A stretch of 64,000 bases of DNA, taken from contig NZ_JBDXGG010000016.1 of the NCBI RefSeq assembly GCF_039990255.1, forward strand, positions 94,958 through 158,957, given 5' to 3'. Positions 48,917 to 60,251 of this stretch are shown here, piece by piece (position 1 is the stretch's first letter; each line of letters opens with the position of its first letter). The stretch is from Nisaea sp. Its GTDB lineage: Bacteria; Pseudomonadota; Alphaproteobacteria; Thalassobaculales; Thalassobaculaceae. The translations under genes and the position numbers were made by a program. The notes beneath the pieces are model-generated. The model was not told where the DNA came from, ran no database searches, and saw only the letters and a list, made by a program, of their open reading frames with translations.

Positions 48917-49108
48917 TGATGGTTTTCCTTAGGCGAGCGCCAAAGGAAATGAAAAGAGAACATGGTGCGGTGTACCCATTAGGGGCCAAATCCATGGCTG
49001 CCCCCGCAACTGTAGGCGGATAGCGGACGTCGACGACACCACTGACTGGAAACAGTCGGGAAGGTAGACGAACTGCTGATATCCGTGAGCCAGGAGACCT
49101 GCCATCGC
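48917..49108 (+). promoter_or_regulatory. cobalamin (B12) riboswitch
   Basis: P1 gatgg(48919-23)/ccatc(49102-06). Core 'AAAAGAGAACATGGTG...CCCCCGCAACTGTA', 'CCACTGACTGGAAACAGTCGGGAAGG', and the B12 box 'GAGCCAGGAGACCTGCC' (49087-49103). Confidence 0.9.
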
Positions 49109-49231
49109 AAGAACTTGCAACCGGACGGGGTGCTTCGGGCGACGCAATGAAAGACATCACAGTTTTTCATTACGAAAGCGGTGGCGGAAATACGCCACGC
49201 TGTCCCAGCGCCTCGGCAGTGGAGATGGGAC

Positions 49232-50068
49232 ATGGACGTGCGTCTGCCGGACGAGTTGGCCGCAACTCCAGAGAAGCTTATCGTTGAAGCCAATGGCCTC
49301 AGCTATTCCGGTGACAACGGACAGGCAATTCTGAGTGGGGTATCGCTGACGATTCGCTCCGGCGAGACGGTTGCCATAGCAGGACCCAATGGTGCCGGAA
49401 AATCCACACTTGCCCGAATCCTCGCAGGCATTGAGCAGCCGTCTTCCGGTGAAATTCGCCTCGGTGCAGTCCCGATCTCCGGAATTTCCTCTTCAGAACG
49501 CTCGCGACGGATCGCATATGTCGGGCAACTCTCCGAGCCGGACAGGCGGCTCAGTGTCCGAGACTATGTCGGTCTCGGACGCATTCCACATGCAGGGCTC
49601 TCCAGTGCGGCTAAAGACATCGCCGTGGTCGCGGAGGTTTTAGAGCGCACCGGGCTCCAACGGCTCGCGGATGGGCCGTTGAAGTGGCTCTCGGGGGGCG
49701 AGCTTCAGAGAGCTTCGATAGCGCGCGCTCTCGCGCAGGAAGCGGAGCTTCTAATCCTCGACGAGCCGACCAATCATCTCGATGCACGGGCGAAAGGCGA
49801 AGTACTCTCTCTTGTCGCTTCTCTTGGAGTTGCCTGCCTCTGCGTGCTCCACGAATTGACCCTCATTCCACAATTCGCCGATCGGACGCTTCTTCTCAAA
49901 GAAGGTCGATCCGCTGCCTTCGGACCGACAGCGGTCGCTCTAAGCAAAGAGATCGTTAGCGATGTCTTCGGAGTCGACTTGTTGATCCTTCAGCATCCGA
50001 CCGAAAACCGAGACCTGTCGGTACTCGACATTCCATTCCCAAAATTCTTACCCACGACGGGAACTTAA
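49232..50068 (+). CDS. ABC transporter ATP-binding protein (FecE/BtuD-like)
   Basis: Walker A 'GPNGAGKST', signature 'LSGGELQR' and Walker B 'LLILDEPT'. GGAG RBS lies 7 nt before the ATG at 49232 (the ORF opens at a GTG at 49181). Confidence 0.9.
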   Translation: MDVRLPDELAATPEKLIVEANGLSYSGDNGQAILSGVSLTIRSGETVAIAGPNGAGKSTLARILAGIEQPSSGEIRLGAVPISGISSSERSRRIAYVGQLSEPDRRLSVRDYVGLGRIPHAGLSSAAKDIAVVAEVLERTGLQRLADGPLKWLSGGELQRASIARALAQEAELLILDEPTNHLDARAKGEVLSLVASLGVACLCVLHELTLIPQFADRTLLLKEGRSAAFGPTAVALSKEIVSDVFGVDLLILQHPTENRDLSVLDIPFPKFLPTTGT

Positions 50069-50072
50069 AATC

Positions 50073-51020
50073 ATGAAGCGATTTATCATCGCGGTATCCG
50101 CTCTTCTTTTTGCGACTCCCGCCGCCGCGTTTCCGGTTACCGTCGAGAGTTGCGGCGTCCCCGTGACATTTGAGCGCCCCCCCGAACGCTTGGTCGTTCA
50201 TGACATCAATATGGTCGAGATGGCCTTATCCCTTGGACTTCAAGACCGGATGATTGGCGTTACTGGAATCACGGGCTGGTACAAGACCAGCAAAGCTTTC
50301 AATGCAAAGCTGGGGGACATCCCAGAACTCGCGCCGAAGTACCCAAGCCTCGAGGTCCTGGTCTCGGCAGCACCGGACCTTTTCTTCGCCGGATGGTATT
50401 ATGGAATGAAGCCAGGCGGCGAAGTGACCCCGGAGAGCCTCACAGCGCATGGCGTAAAAACGCTCGTACTATCAGAGAGCTGTTCACATCTACATAAGAA
50501 CAGCAAACCGGCATCCATGGACTTGCTCTTCGACGACGTCCTGCGTCTCGGCAAGGTTTTTGCCAGGGAGACGGCCGCTGAGACACTTGTTGATGGCTGG
50601 ACGAAAGAACTCGACACAATCCGGCAAATGGTCGGAAACCGCGCGGGCACCAGGGTGTTTCTCTACGATTCTGGTCAGGAAAAACCCTTCACTGCCGGAC
50701 GCAAGGCAATTGCCAACGCAATGATCGAAGCCGCAGGCGGTATCAATGTTATGAATGACATGGATGTAAGCTGGGGCCGAACATCCTGGGAAACCGTCGC
50801 TCTACGCGATCCCGAATTCCTCATTCTGCTTGATTACAGCAACGGCGGCGGCGCCACGGATCTTCTCGAATTCCTCAGGACCCACCCCGCCATGAAGGAG
50901 ACCCAAGCGGTCCGGAACGAACGCTTCGTCCCGCTGCGCTACGAAGAGCTGACACCCGGGCCCGCCAACATTGCCGCCATCGCCAAAATCACCAAAGCGA
51001 TGTTCCCGGGCGACTCGTAA
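50073..51020 (+). CDS. ABC transporter periplasmic substrate-binding protein (BtuF/FhuD-type cluster A)
   Basis: Signal peptide 'MKRFIIAVSALLFATPAAA'. The size and bilobal pattern match siderophore/cobalamin binding proteins. Confidence 0.8.
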   Translation: MKRFIIAVSALLFATPAAAFPVTVESCGVPVTFERPPERLVVHDINMVEMALSLGLQDRMIGVTGITGWYKTSKAFNAKLGDIPELAPKYPSLEVLVSAAPDLFFAGWYYGMKPGGEVTPESLTAHGVKTLVLSESCSHLHKNSKPASMDLLFDDVLRLGKVFARETAAETLVDGWTKELDTIRQMVGNRAGTRVFLYDSGQEKPFTAGRKAIANAMIEAAGGINVMNDMDVSWGRTSWETVALRDPEFLILLDYSNGGGATDLLEFLRTHPAMKETQAVRNERFVPLRYEELTPGPANIAAIAKITKAMFPGDS

Positions 51021-51044
51021 GTTAACGCCACTCGAAATTAATAC

Positions 51045-52046
51045 ATGAAACTCGCTCCCGCCCTATTCCTCGGCGCCGCAGTTACTGCGGCGCTGGCATT
51101 TCTTTCGGTGCTATTCGGCACCACGCCTATTTCACCGGTCGACGTCTTCACCGCAATCGGAGATGCCATGTCTTCGGACGACCGGCCATCGAGCCCCCTG
51201 GAGCGCGTCGTCGTCGATCTGCGTTTGCCGCGGGTTGTGGTCGCCGTTTGTGCGGGTGCTGGTCTCGGCATGGTCGGCGCGATGCTGCAAACCGTCACGC
51301 GCAACGATTTGGCGGACCCGTTCCTGTTCGGGCTATCTTCCGGCGCCGCCGCCGGCGCTGTATTGGTAATCACCACCACAGGTGATCGACTCGGGTTCTG
51401 GACCCTGCCGCTCGCGGCCTTCGCAGGTGGCATTTTGGCTGCCCTTATCGTCGTTACGCTCCTGCGTCAGCTCGGCACACATGCACCCGAGAAACTGATC
51501 CTCGCCGGCCTCGCCGTTTCGTTCGTGTTTTCCGCCATTACGAACTACTTGATCTTCGCGGGTGACCAGCGAGCGGCGCATTCAATCCTCTTCTGGAGCT
51601 TGGGCGGACTCGGCTTGTCGCGATGGGAAACAGTCCCGTTAACTGTTCTGGGCCTGATGAGCCTGATCGCCTTCGCATTTGCCCGCCATCGCCATCTCGA
51701 CGCGCTTCTTGGCGGAAACGACACTGCGCGCAGTCTCGGCATTGAGATCGAAAGCCTGCACCTCCGAATTATCCTCGTCTGTTCCTTTGCAACCGCGATC
51801 TTCGTCTCGGTAACAGGGGTAATAGGGTTTCTGGGGCTGGTCGTCCCCCATATCGCGAGGGCAATCGGCGGGCCGCTTCACCTACCTTGCCTTTCACTCT
51901 CCGCAGTCACTGGCGCCGCCATGCTACTCGCCAGCGACGTTCTCGCACGGGTTCTTCTCGCCCCCCAAGAGCTTCCTGTCGGTATCGTCACAACCGCCAT
52001 TGGCGCGGCATTCGTCGCACTATTACTGCTCAAAGCCCGGCGCTGA
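51045..52046 (+). CDS. FecCD/BtuC family ABC transporter permease
   Basis: About 9-10 TM helices. 'RLPRVVVAVCAGAGLGMVGAMLQ' and 'NDLADPFLFGLSSGA' are FecCD hallmarks. Confidence 0.9.
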   Translation: MKLAPALFLGAAVTAALAFLSVLFGTTPISPVDVFTAIGDAMSSDDRPSSPLERVVVDLRLPRVVVAVCAGAGLGMVGAMLQTVTRNDLADPFLFGLSSGAAAGAVLVITTTGDRLGFWTLPLAAFAGGILAALIVVTLLRQLGTHAPEKLILAGLAVSFVFSAITNYLIFAGDQRAAHSILFWSLGGLGLSRWETVPLTVLGLMSLIAFAFARHRHLDALLGGNDTARSLGIEIESLHLRIILVCSFATAIFVSVTGVIGFLGLVVPHIARAIGGPLHLPCLSLSAVTGAAMLLASDVLARVLLAPQELPVGIVTTAIGAAFVALLLLKARR

Positions 52047-52060
52047 GCATTGCAAAAAAG

Positions 52061-52086
52061 AAAAGGCGGCCCGGAGGCCGCCTTTT
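52061..52086. terminator. bidirectional rho-independent terminator
   Basis: aaaa-GGCGGCC-cgga-GGCCGCC-tttt between the convergent permease and rplQ genes. Confidence 0.75.
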
Positions 52087-52115
52087 CTTAATACGTCGGA
52101 TAACGAGTGGCGCGA

Positions 52116-52556
52116 TCAGATCGCGGCCGGCATCGCCCCTTCGAGAGCTTCTTCTTCCTCGACCTGAACCGGACCGGAATTCTGGCCGCGGGCCTCTTCA
52201 TCACGATCAACAAGCTCAATCACTGCCATCGGCGCGGAGTCGCCATAGCGGAAACCGGCTTTGAGGACGCGGGTATAACCACCCTGACGTTCCTTGTAGC
52301 GCTCGGCCAGGACGTCAAACAACTTGCGAACCATGATCGGGTCCTGCAACGCCGACGTCGCCTGACGACGGGAATGCAGGTCCTGGCGTTTGCCGAGGGT
52401 GATCAGCTTCTCAACAACACTGCGAAGGTCTTTCGCCTTCGGCAGGGTCGTAATGATCTGCTCATGTTTGATCAACGCATTGGCCATGTTTTTGAACATG
52501 GCTTTGCGGTGGCTGGACGACCGGTTGAACCGACGGCCCTTAAAACGATGTCGCAT
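52116..52556 (-). CDS. rplQ: 50S ribosomal protein L17
   Basis: '[42 protein letters not shown]'. Confidence 0.97.
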   Translation of the reverse strand: MRHRFKGRRFNRSSSHRKAMFKNMANALIKHEQIITTLPKAKDLRSVVEKLITLGKRQDLHSRRQATSALQDPIMVRKLFDVLAERYKERQGGYTRVLKAGFRYGDSAPMAVIELVDRDEEARGQNSGPVQVEEEEALEGAMPAAI

Positions 52557-52625
52557 CGCGAAAACTCCAGTTTCGTATTCGTCAGCGCCTCACGGCACAA
52601 ACAGTATTCAATTGCGCTCAGCCGA

Positions 52626-53642
52626 TCAGAACGGCTCTTCGAGCCGCTTGGCGAGCTCTTCAATATTGTCCGGCGGCCAGTTCTGAATATCCATGCCCAG
52701 CGCCAGCCCCATCTGACCAAGAACTTCCTTGATCTCGTTGAGGCTCTTCCGGCCGAAGTTCGGCGTGCGGAGCATTTCCGGCTCTGTCTTCTGAACGAGA
52801 TCACCGATATAGACGATGTTGTCGTTCTTCAAGCAGTTCGCCGAACGGACGGAGAGTTCCAGCTCATCAACCTTGCGGAGCAGGTTCTTGTTGAACGGCA
52901 GCTCGGTCTTCTCTTCGGTCTCAACGACCTGCTGCGGCTCTTCGAAGTTGATGAAGAGCTGAAGCTGATCCTGAAGGATGCGAGAGGCATAAGCCACGGC
53001 ATCTTCCGGAGTAAGAGAGCCATCGGTTTCAACAAGCACGGAGAGCTTGTCGTAATCTGTGACCTGGCCAACGCGGGTGTTATCCACCTTGTAGGTGACC
53101 TGCCGTACCGGGCTGAAGATCGCGTCAACCGGGATCAGGCCGATCGGGGCGTCTTCCGGACGGTTTGCACTGGCCGGGACATATCCCTTGCCGGTCTCCA
53201 CCGTGAATTCCATGGACAGGCTTGCACCGTTATCGAGGGTGCAGATCACCAGATCGGGGTTCATCACCTCGATATCGGATCCAGCTTCGATCATGCCGGC
53301 CTTGACTTCGCCTGGACCCTCAGCCTTAAGCCGCATCTTGCGCGGGCCTTCGCTGTGAGCCCGCAGCGCGATCGCCTTGATGTTGAGGACCATGTCGGTC
53401 ACGTCCTCACGGACGCCGGCGACGGAGGAGAATTCATGCAGCACGCCGTCGATCTGTACAGCCGTCACCGCCGCGCCCTGAAGGGACGACAGCAGGATAC
53501 GGCGCAGCGCGTTGCCTAGGGTCAGACCGAATCCACGTTCCAGCGGCTCGGCCACGATCGTTGCCTTGCGGGCGGGATCCGAGCCCAGTTGCACATCGAG
53601 CTTGTTCGGCTTGATAAGAGCCTGCCAGTTGTTCTGAATCAC
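52626..53642 (-). CDS. rpoA: DNA-directed RNA polymerase alpha subunit
   Basis: '[16 protein letters not shown]' and the C-terminal domain '[22 protein letters not shown]'. Confidence 0.97.
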   Translation of the reverse strand: MIQNNWQALIKPNKLDVQLGSDPARKATIVAEPLERGFGLTLGNALRRILLSSLQGAAVTAVQIDGVLHEFSSVAGVREDVTDMVLNIKAIALRAHSEGPRKMRLKAEGPGEVKAGMIEAGSDIEVMNPDLVICTLDNGASLSMEFTVETGKGYVPASANRPEDAPIGLIPVDAIFSPVRQVTYKVDNTRVGQVTDYDKLSVLVETDGSLTPEDAVAYASRILQDQLQLFINFEEPQQVVETEEKTELPFNKNLLRKVDELELSVRSANCLKNDNIVYIGDLVQKTEPEMLRTPNFGRKSLNEIKEVLGQMGLALGMDIQNWPPDNIEELAKRLEEPF

Positions 53643-53693
53643 GGGGGTGACCTCATCGCTAACGAGACCCGCGGGCCTCTAACTTATGCTTTC

Positions 53694-53720
53694 GGCCCCA
53701 AAACCGTTCGTTTCGGGGCC
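53694..53720 (-). promoter_or_regulatory. hairpin in the rpsK-rpoA spacer
   Basis: ggccccaaaac / gtttcggggcc stem with one mismatch. It is a possible processing or attenuation element. Function unknown. Confidence 0.25.
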
Positions 53721-53761
53721 ACGGGCTGTACCGGTCGGACGGCCTAAGCCGCCCTAGCAGC

Positions 53762-54157
53762 TTAAACCCGACGCCGCTTCGGCGGACGGCAACCGTTGTG
53801 CGGGATCGGCGTGACATCGCGAATGGAAGTCACGGCAAAACCGACAGCCTGCAGTGCGCGCAGAGCGGATTCACGTCCCGAACCCGGGCCGCTGATTTGG
53901 ATTTCGAGAGTCTTCATGCCATGCTCGGCAGCTTTCTTGCCTGCATCCTCAGCCGCGACCTGAGCCGCGTACGGGGTGGACTTACGGGACCCCTTGAAGC
54001 CCATCGTACCGGCGGAGGACCAGGAAATCGCATTGCCCTGGGCGTCGGTGATGGTGATCATGGTGTTGTTGAAGGATGCGTTCACATGCGCGACACCGGA
54101 AGTGATGTTCTTCCGTTCGCGGCGCTTCACGCGTCCCTGGGTCGGTTGTTTTGCCAT
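53762..54157 (-). CDS. rpsK: 30S ribosomal protein S11
   Basis: '[20 protein letters not shown]' and '[20 protein letters not shown]'. Confidence 0.97.
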   Translation of the reverse strand: MAKQPTQGRVKRRERKNITSGVAHVNASFNNTMITITDAQGNAISWSSAGTMGFKGSRKSTPYAAQVAAEDAGKKAAEHGMKTLEIQISGPGSGRESALRALQAVGFAVTSIRDVTPIPHNGCRPPKRRRV

Positions 54158-54193
54158 TAAATTGCCGCTCCGGCTTGTCGGGTCAGACCCGAA

Positions 54194-54562
54194 TTATTTC
54201 TTCTTACCCGCGATAGCCTTCGCCGGGCCCTTGCGGGTCCGCGCGTTGGTATGAGTCCGCTGTCCGCGCACCGGCAGGCCTTTACGATGGCGCAGGCCAC
54301 GGTAGCAACCCAGGTCCATCAGACGTTTGATATCCATCGCGATCTTGCGGCGAAGATCACCCTCAACCACCTGATCGCGGTCAATGACCTCACGCAGCCG
54401 CGCGACTTCGTCTTCGGTCAATTCATGCACACGGCGTTCGCGCGGGATACCGACGTTCTCACAGATCTTCGTGGAAGTGGTCCGGCCGATACCATGTATA
54501 TAAGTCAAAGCAATCTCGACACGCTTTTGCGTCGGGATATTCACGCCTGCGATGCGCGCCAC
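54194..54562 (-). CDS. rpsM: 30S ribosomal protein S13
   Basis: '[25 protein letters not shown]'. GTG start at 54562 with a GAGGAG RBS. The ORF extension to 54670 is spurious. Confidence 0.95.
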   Translation of the reverse strand: MARIAGVNIPTQKRVEIALTYIHGIGRTTSTKICENVGIPRERRVHELTEDEVARLREVIDRDQVVEGDLRRKIAMDIKRLMDLGCYRGLRHRKGLPVRGQRTHTNARTRKGPAKAIAGKKK

Positions 54563-54745
54563 GGGCAAACTCCTCAGTACAACGCTTGTCAGCGTCCAAC
54601 AAAAATACGGGTCATTCGACCCAGGCACCGAACTCGGAAAATCCGCACGAGCAAGTGCGCACGGTTTCACTGAAACCGAGGGCGCGGATTATACGCAACC
54701 GGATTGCCGAGTCAACCGGTTTACCCACACCTTTAAACAGCTCGA

Positions 54746-55321
54746 TCAGGCCGCCACAATCGCGTCGATCTGACCACTTACTTCAGTAATGGACGCCATG
54801 CCGTCCACACTCTTCAACGCACCGCGATCCGCATAATACGGAATGATCGGTGCGGTCTGTTCCTTGAACACCTGAAGGCGCGTACGGAGCGTCTCTTCGG
54901 TATCGTCACTGCGTCGATCGGCTTCCGGGGTCTCCGCAATACGGGACCGGATCCGGTCGAACAGAATGCTTTCATCGACCTTCAGCTCGATCACATGATC
55001 GATCTTCAGCCCCTTCTCGCTTAACATGACGTCCAGCGCTTCCGCCTGAGCCACCGTGCGCGGAAAACCATCGAGAATAAAACCGTTCTTGCAGTCATCC
55101 TGATCGACGCGCTCGGAAATCATCTGAACCATTATATCGTCGGAAACCAATCCGCCGGAATCGATAATGCTCTTTGCCTTGAGGCCCACGTCACTGCCGG
55201 AAGAGATCGCAGCCCGCAGCATGTCGCCTGTAGAGAGCTGGATAATCTTGAATTGTTCTTCCAGACGTTTAGCCTGGGTACCCTTTCCAGCGCCCGGAGG
55301 GCCGAGCAGTATCAAATTCAT
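54746..55321 (-). CDS. adk: adenylate kinase
   Basis: P-loop 'LLGPPGAGKGTQA' and 'GFILDGFPRT'. Confidence 0.97.
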   Translation of the reverse strand: MNLILLGPPGAGKGTQAKRLEEQFKIIQLSTGDMLRAAISSGSDVGLKAKSIIDSGGLVSDDIMVQMISERVDQDDCKNGFILDGFPRTVAQAEALDVMLSEKGLKIDHVIELKVDESILFDRIRSRIAETPEADRRSDDTEETLRTRLQVFKEQTAPIIPYYADRGALKSVDGMASITEVSGQIDAIVAA

Positions 55322-56661
55322 CGACGTTTCCCCCTCAGTTTCGATTTCTTAATTAACCCCTCATACTGATGCGCCAGCAAATGCGACTGAATCTGGCTCA
55401 CGGTGTCCATTGTCACCGTCACCACAATGAGCAGGCTCGTTCCCCCGAAATAGAATGGCACCTGGTACTGACTGATCAAAATCTCCGGCAAAATACAAAT
55501 CGCCGCGAGATAGGCAGCCCCCACCACGGTCAGCCTCGTCAGGACAAAGTCCAGATAGTCGGCCGTGTTCTTGCCTGGACGTATACCAGGCACGAAACCG
55601 CCATACTTACGGAGATTGTCTGCCGTATCAGCCGGATTGAAGACGATCGCTGTGTAAAAGAAAGCGAAGAACACAATCAGGCTGACAAAAATCGCTAGGT
55701 AGAGCGGCTGACCGCGACCAACCATCGCTGTGAAGGTGCTCAGCCACTCCGGGCCGCCACCGCTCGCCGCTGTCATCTGCGCGACCGTTACCGGCATAAG
55801 CAGCAGAGAGCTGGCGAAAATCGGAGGGATAACACCTGCAACGTTGATCTTCAGCGGTAGGTGCGAGCTCTCTCCACCGAACATCCGATTGCCCTGCTGG
55901 CGCTTCGGATACTGGACCGTTATCCGACGCTGGGAGCGCTCAATGAACACAATGCCGGCGATGACTGCAACGGCCATGATCATGATCAGTACGATCACCA
56001 CAGCGGAAAGCGCGCCGGTGCGGCCAAGCTCAAGCATCCCGACCAACGCGGTAGGCAACTGCGCCACAATGCCGGCAAAGATGATCAGCGAGATACCGTT
56101 ACCAACGCCGCGCGCAGTAATCTGCTCGCCAAGCCACATCAGGAAGACTGTGCCGCCGACCAGCGTGATTACCGCAGTCGCCCGGAAGAAGTATCCAGGA
56201 TTACCGACAGCGGTCCCGTCCGCCATAGATTCCAGGCCGGAGGCGATGCCGTAGGCTTGTACTGCCGCCAGCAGAACCGTCAGGTAGCGCGTATACTGGT
56301 TGATCTTCTTCCGTCCGGCCTCGCCTTCCTTCTTCAGGGTCTCGAGGCTCGGGGAAACCGCGGTCATCAGCTGCATGATGATGGCCGCAGAGATGTAGGG
56401 CATGATGTTCAGCGCAAAGATCGTCATCCGCCCGAGGGCACCGCCCGCGAACATGTCGAACATGCCGAGGATGCCGCCTGAGTTCTGCTGAAAGATCTGC
56501 TCCAGCACCGCAGGATCGATTCCCGGGATCGGGATATAGGTCCCGAGGCGATAAATGATCAACGCACCCAGTGTGAACCAGATGCGTTTCTTGAGTTCCG
56601 TCGCTTTCGCGAAGGCCCCAAAATTGATCGATGACGCGTATTGCTCGGCGCTGGAAGCCAT
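55318..56661 (-). CDS. secY: preprotein translocase subunit SecY
   Basis: 447 aa with 10 TM helices. 'LGALIIYRLGTYIPIPGID' and 'GGTSLLIVV'. Confidence 0.97.
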   Translation of the reverse strand: MASSAEQYASSINFGAFAKATELKKRIWFTLGALIIYRLGTYIPIPGIDPAVLEQIFQQNSGGILGMFDMFAGGALGRMTIFALNIMPYISAAIIMQLMTAVSPSLETLKKEGEAGRKKINQYTRYLTVLLAAVQAYGIASGLESMADGTAVGNPGYFFRATAVITLVGGTVFLMWLGEQITARGVGNGISLIIFAGIVAQLPTALVGMLELGRTGALSAVVIVLIMIMAVAVIAGIVFIERSQRRITVQYPKRQQGNRMFGGESSHLPLKINVAGVIPPIFASSLLLMPVTVAQMTAASGGGPEWLSTFTAMVGRGQPLYLAIFVSLIVFFAFFYTAIVFNPADTADNLRKYGGFVPGIRPGKNTADYLDFVLTRLTVVGAAYLAAICILPEILISQYQVPFYFGGTSLLIVVTVTMDTVSQIQSHLLAHQYEGLIKKSKLRGKRR

Positions 56662-56675
56662 TTCACTGAACCCAA

Positions 56676-57179
56676 TCAGTCGGTGGAGGAGTCGCCCGCC
56701 TCTTTAGCCGGCTTCGCAGCAGAAACTGCAACCGTCACGGAGCCGCCGGCCTTTTCAACAGCTGCAATCGCAGCAGCAGACGCACCGGAGACTTCCACCT
56801 TTACTTTGGCTTTCAGCTCACCCGTTGCAAGCAGACGCACACCATCGCGCACCCGACCGACAAGACCGGCAGCCGACAGAGCAGCCGCATCGATCGTCTT
56901 CTTGCCATCGAGCTTGCCGGCATCAATCGCCGCCTGGATCGAGCCAATATTGACCGGTGCGAATTCCTTGCGGAACGGGTTCTTGAAGCCACGCTTCGGC
57001 AGACGCCGGTGGATCGGCATCTGGCCACCTTCGAAGCCATTAATGGCCACGCCGGAGCGCGCGCTCTGACCCTTGTGACCTTTACCGGCAGTTTTGCCAA
57101 GGCCGGAACCGGCGCCACGACCCACCCGTTTGGCGGGCTTGTGCGCGCCCGGATTGTCGCGAAGTTCGTTGAGTTTCAT
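56676..57179 (-). CDS. rplO: 50S ribosomal protein L15
   Basis: '[35 protein letters not shown]'. Confidence 0.97.
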   Translation of the reverse strand: MKLNELRDNPGAHKPAKRVGRGAGSGLGKTAGKGHKGQSARSGVAINGFEGGQMPIHRRLPKRGFKNPFRKEFAPVNIGSIQAAIDAGKLDGKKTIDAAALSAAGLVGRVRDGVRLLATGELKAKVKVEVSGASAAAIAAVEKAGGSVTVAVSAAKPAKEAGDSSTD

Positions 57180-57235
57180 CGTTCTTGCCCTCGTTCCGGC
57201 ATCGACCGGATCGCTTAATGTTCTGCCCGATTGCC

Positions 57236-57445
57236 TTAGGACGCGTCTACGACGCGCACCAGATGAGCAACCTTGCCGATCATGCCGCGAACCGCCGGGG
57301 TGTCTTCCAGCGTACGCGTGCGGTGCATTTTGTTAAGGCCCAGGCCGACAAGAGTCTGCTCCTGGTCCTTGGTACGGCCGATCGGGCTGCCGGTCTGGGT
57401 GACCGTAACCGTCGTCTTGGCCGCTTTCTTCTTCGTTGCCGCCAT
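57236..57445 (-). CDS. rpmD: 50S ribosomal protein L30
   Basis: '[44 protein letters not shown]'. Confidence 0.95.
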   Translation of the reverse strand: MAATKKKAAKTTVTVTQTGSPIGRTKDQEQTLVGLGLNKMHRTRTLEDTPAVRGMIGKVAHLVRVVDAS

Positions 57446-57460
57446 GGCTCTTCTCCGTCC

Positions 57461-58015
57461 TTAGGCCTGAGCCGCTTCGGCTTCGCCAGGAGCCCGGCCG
57501 AAGATCTCAGCGACCTTCTTGCCACGCTTGGCTGCAACCGCGCGCGGAGACCTGACGTTCTTCAGCGCTTCAAAAGTGGCCTTGATCATGTTGTGCGGGT
57601 TGGACGTACCGGTGGATTTCGCCACCACGTCCTGCATACCCAGAGCCTCGAAGATGGCGCGCATTGGGCCACCTGCGATGATACCGGTACCCGCAGGAGC
57701 CGACCGCAGGATCACGCGGCCAGCACCGAAACGCCCGCCGATATCGTGGTGCAGTGTACGACCTTCGCGCAGCGGAACGCGGACCATTCCACGCTTCGCC
57801 TGCTCGGTTGCCTTGCGGATTGCTTCCGGCACTTCACGGGCTTTACCCGCGCCGTAACCGACGCGACCGCGACCGTCACCGACGATCACGATGGCGGCGA
57901 AGCCGAACCGGCGGCCACCCTTCACAACCTTCGCGACGCGGTTGATGCCGACTAGCTTTTCAACCAGTTCCGGATCTTCGCGTTGGTCGCGATCTCTTCT
58001 TTCGCCTCGTGCCAT
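57461..58015 (-). CDS. rpsE: 30S ribosomal protein S5
   Basis: '[24 protein letters not shown]' and '[14 protein letters not shown]'. Confidence 0.97.
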   Translation of the reverse strand: MARGERRDRDQREDPELVEKLVGINRVAKVVKGGRRFGFAAIVIVGDGRGRVGYGAGKAREVPEAIRKATEQAKRGMVRVPLREGRTLHHDIGGRFGAGRVILRSAPAGTGIIAGGPMRAIFEALGMQDVVAKSTGTSNPHNMIKATFEALKNVRSPRAVAAKRGKKVAEIFGRAPGEAEAAQA

Positions 58016-58028
58016 GTTTCGGCCCCTT

Positions 58029-58391
58029 CTAGAACTTCAGTCCGGCTTCACGAGCAGCGTCGGCAAGTGCCTTGACGCGTCCGTGATACCGGTAGCCGCC
58101 ACGGTCGAACACGACGTCGGTAACGCCTTTGCTCACCGCACGCTCGCCGATCAGCTTGCCGATCTCCGCAGCCGCGGACTTGTCCGCGCCCGTCTTGAGC
58201 TGCTCGCGCTGTGCCTTCTCGAGAGAAGACGCGCTCGCCAGGGTCTCGCCCTTCAGATCGTCGATGATCTGAGCATAGATGTTCTTGGAAGACCGGAACA
58301 CGGAGAGCCGGGCCTTGCCGTTTGTCTTGGCGCGCAGCGCGGCACGGGTCCGCTGGCGGCGACGCTGGAAAAGTTGTTTTGATGTCAGCAT
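58029..58391 (-). CDS. rplR: 50S ribosomal protein L18
   Basis: '[18 protein letters not shown]' and '[28 protein letters not shown]'. Confidence 0.97.
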   Translation of the reverse strand: MLTSKQLFQRRRQRTRAALRAKTNGKARLSVFRSSKNIYAQIIDDLKGETLASASSLEKAQREQLKTGADKSAAAEIGKLIGERAVSKGVTDVVFDRGGYRYHGRVKALADAAREAGLKF

Positions 58392-58402
58392 GCCACGAAT
58401 CC

Positions 58403-58936
58403 TTACTTCTTCTTGCCTTCCTTGCGGAGGATGGTCTCGGTCTCGTACTTAACACCCTTGCCCTTGAAGGGCTCCGGCGGACGATACCCGCGGATCTCAG
58501 CCGCGATCTGACCAACCTTCTGCTTGTCGGCACCATGGATCGAAATCGCCGTCGGACGCTCACACTTCATGGTGATGCCTTCCGGGATCGGGTAGTTCAC
58601 CGGGTGACTGAAACCGAGGGCAAGAACCAGGTTCTTGCCTTCGACAGCAGCACGATAACCGACGCCGTTGATTTCCAGGTTGATCGTGAAACCGTCCGAC
58701 ACACCCGTTACAGCGTTCTGGACGCGAGCACGCATGGTGCCCCACATCGCCCGGGAACGCTTGGAGGCATTCTTCGGCTTCACGGTGACCAGGTTGTCCT
58801 CGATCACGATGTCTACAGCATCGCTGAGCGGAACAGAAAGCTGGCCGAGTTTGCCCTTCGCGGAGAAGACGTCAGCGCCGATTTCGGCGGTAACGCCGCT
58901 CGGAAGAGCGACTGGGTTTTTACCAATACGTGACAT
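58403..58936 (-). CDS. rplF: 50S ribosomal protein L6
   Basis: '[15 protein letters not shown]' and '[14 protein letters not shown]'. Confidence 0.97.
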   Translation of the reverse strand: MSRIGKNPVALPSGVTAEIGADVFSAKGKLGQLSVPLSDAVDIVIEDNLVTVKPKNASKRSRAMWGTMRARVQNAVTGVSDGFTINLEINGVGYRAAVEGKNLVLALGFSHPVNYPIPEGITMKCERPTAISIHGADKQKVGQIAAEIRGYRPPEPFKGKGVKYETETILRKEGKKK

Positions 58937-58950
58937 TCGCCCGGCTCCGA

Positions 58951-59349
58951 TCAGAATACCTTGCAGAGGACTTCGCCGCCAACATTGGCAACGCGGGCCT
59001 CATTGTCGGAAAGAATGCCGCGCGGCGTCGACAGGATCTGAATACCCAGACCGTTGTAGCACCTCGGCAGGTCCTTGATCTTTGAGTACACCCGGCGGCC
59101 GGGACGGGAAACGCGATGAATCTCGCGAATGACCGGCTCACCGTCATGGTACTTCAATTCGATCTGCAGCTCGCCAATGCCCTTGCGCACTTCAGCGCTG
59201 GAATAGCCGCGAATGAAACCTTCGCGCATCAGCACTTCGAGCACATTGCTCCGCATTTTCGATGCCGGGCTAACCACAACGCTTTTACCAGCGGTCTGGC
59301 CGTTCCGGATTCGGGTCAGCATGTCCCCGAGAGGATCACTCATCGTCAT
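58951..59349 (-). CDS. rpsH: 30S ribosomal protein S8
   Basis: '[14 protein letters not shown]' and 'GGEVLCKVF'. Confidence 0.97.
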   Translation of the reverse strand: MTMSDPLGDMLTRIRNGQTAGKSVVVSPASKMRSNVLEVLMREGFIRGYSSAEVRKGIGELQIELKYHDGEPVIREIHRVSRPGRRVYSKIKDLPRCYNGLGIQILSTPRGILSDNEARVANVGGEVLCKVF

Positions 59350-59364
59350 TGTAAGACTCCTCTC

Positions 59365-59670
59365 TTACCAGCTTGACTTAACCATGCCCGGGATCTGGCC
59401 AATAGAACCAAGATCACGCAGGGCAATACGGGACATCTTCAGCTTGCGATAATAACCGCGCGGGCGGCCACTGACCTCGCAGCGGTTACGAAGACGGATC
59501 TTCGCACCATCGCGCGGCAGCTCGTTCAGCTTCAGACGGGCTTTAAACTGCTCTTCCAACGGGAGGTCCTTATCGCAGGCAATCGCCTTCAGACGCGCCC
59601 GCTTTCCGGCATCCCGCTGGACAATCTTCCCGCGGCTCTTGTTCTTTTCAATCGCGCTTTTCTTCGCCAT
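59365..59670 (-). CDS. rpsN: 30S ribosomal protein S14 (long form)
   Basis: '[13 protein letters not shown]' and '[20 protein letters not shown]...PGMVKSSW'. Confidence 0.97.
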   Translation of the reverse strand: MAKKSAIEKNKSRGKIVQRDAGKRARLKAIACDKDLPLEEQFKARLKLNELPRDGAKIRLRNRCEVSGRPRGYYRKLKMSRIALRDLGSIGQIPGMVKSSW

Positions 59671-59688
59671 GACTCTTCTCCAGCCCGA

Positions 59689-60228
59689 TCAGTTTACGAA
59701 CGGGAAGTTAAAGCGACGCAGCAGTTCGCGCGCCTCATCATCGGTTTTGGCCGTCGTCACCACGACGATTTCCATGCCCCGGATATGATCGACTTGATCG
59801 TAGTCGATTTCCGGAAACACGATCTGCTCTTTCAGGCCCATCGAATAATTGCCGCGTCCGTCAAAGCTCTTCGGGCTAAGACCACGGAAGTCACGCACGC
59901 GCGGCAGGGCGATGTTCACCAGACGATCCAGGAACTCGAACATCCGTTCGCTGCGGAGGGTGACTTTACAGCCAATCGGCATACCCTCGCGGAGTTTGAA
60001 GCCTGCAATAGACTTCTTCGCGCGGGTCACAATCGGACGCTGACCGGTGATGATGGCAAGCTCTTCCGCAGCGGCTTTAACCCGCTTGGAATCCTGCACC
60101 GCCTCACCGACGCCGATATTGACGACAACTTTCTCGATCGAAGGGCACATCATCGGGTTCGCGTACTTGAACTCCGACAGCATTCCCGGTTTGATCTCGG
60201 CTTCGTAAACTTCTTTTAATCGCGACAT
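59689..60228 (-). CDS. rplE: 50S ribosomal protein L5
   Basis: 'SRLKEVYE' and '[12 protein letters not shown]'. 179 aa. Confidence 0.97.
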   Translation of the reverse strand: MSRLKEVYEAEIKPGMLSEFKYANPMMCPSIEKVVVNIGVGEAVQDSKRVKAAAEELAIITGQRPIVTRAKKSIAGFKLREGMPIGCKVTLRSERMFEFLDRLVNIALPRVRDFRGLSPKSFDGRGNYSMGLKEQIVFPEIDYDQVDHIRGMEIVVVTTAKTDDEARELLRRFNFPFVN

Positions 60229-60251
60229 GTCTAGCCTCGTTTCGAGCGCGC

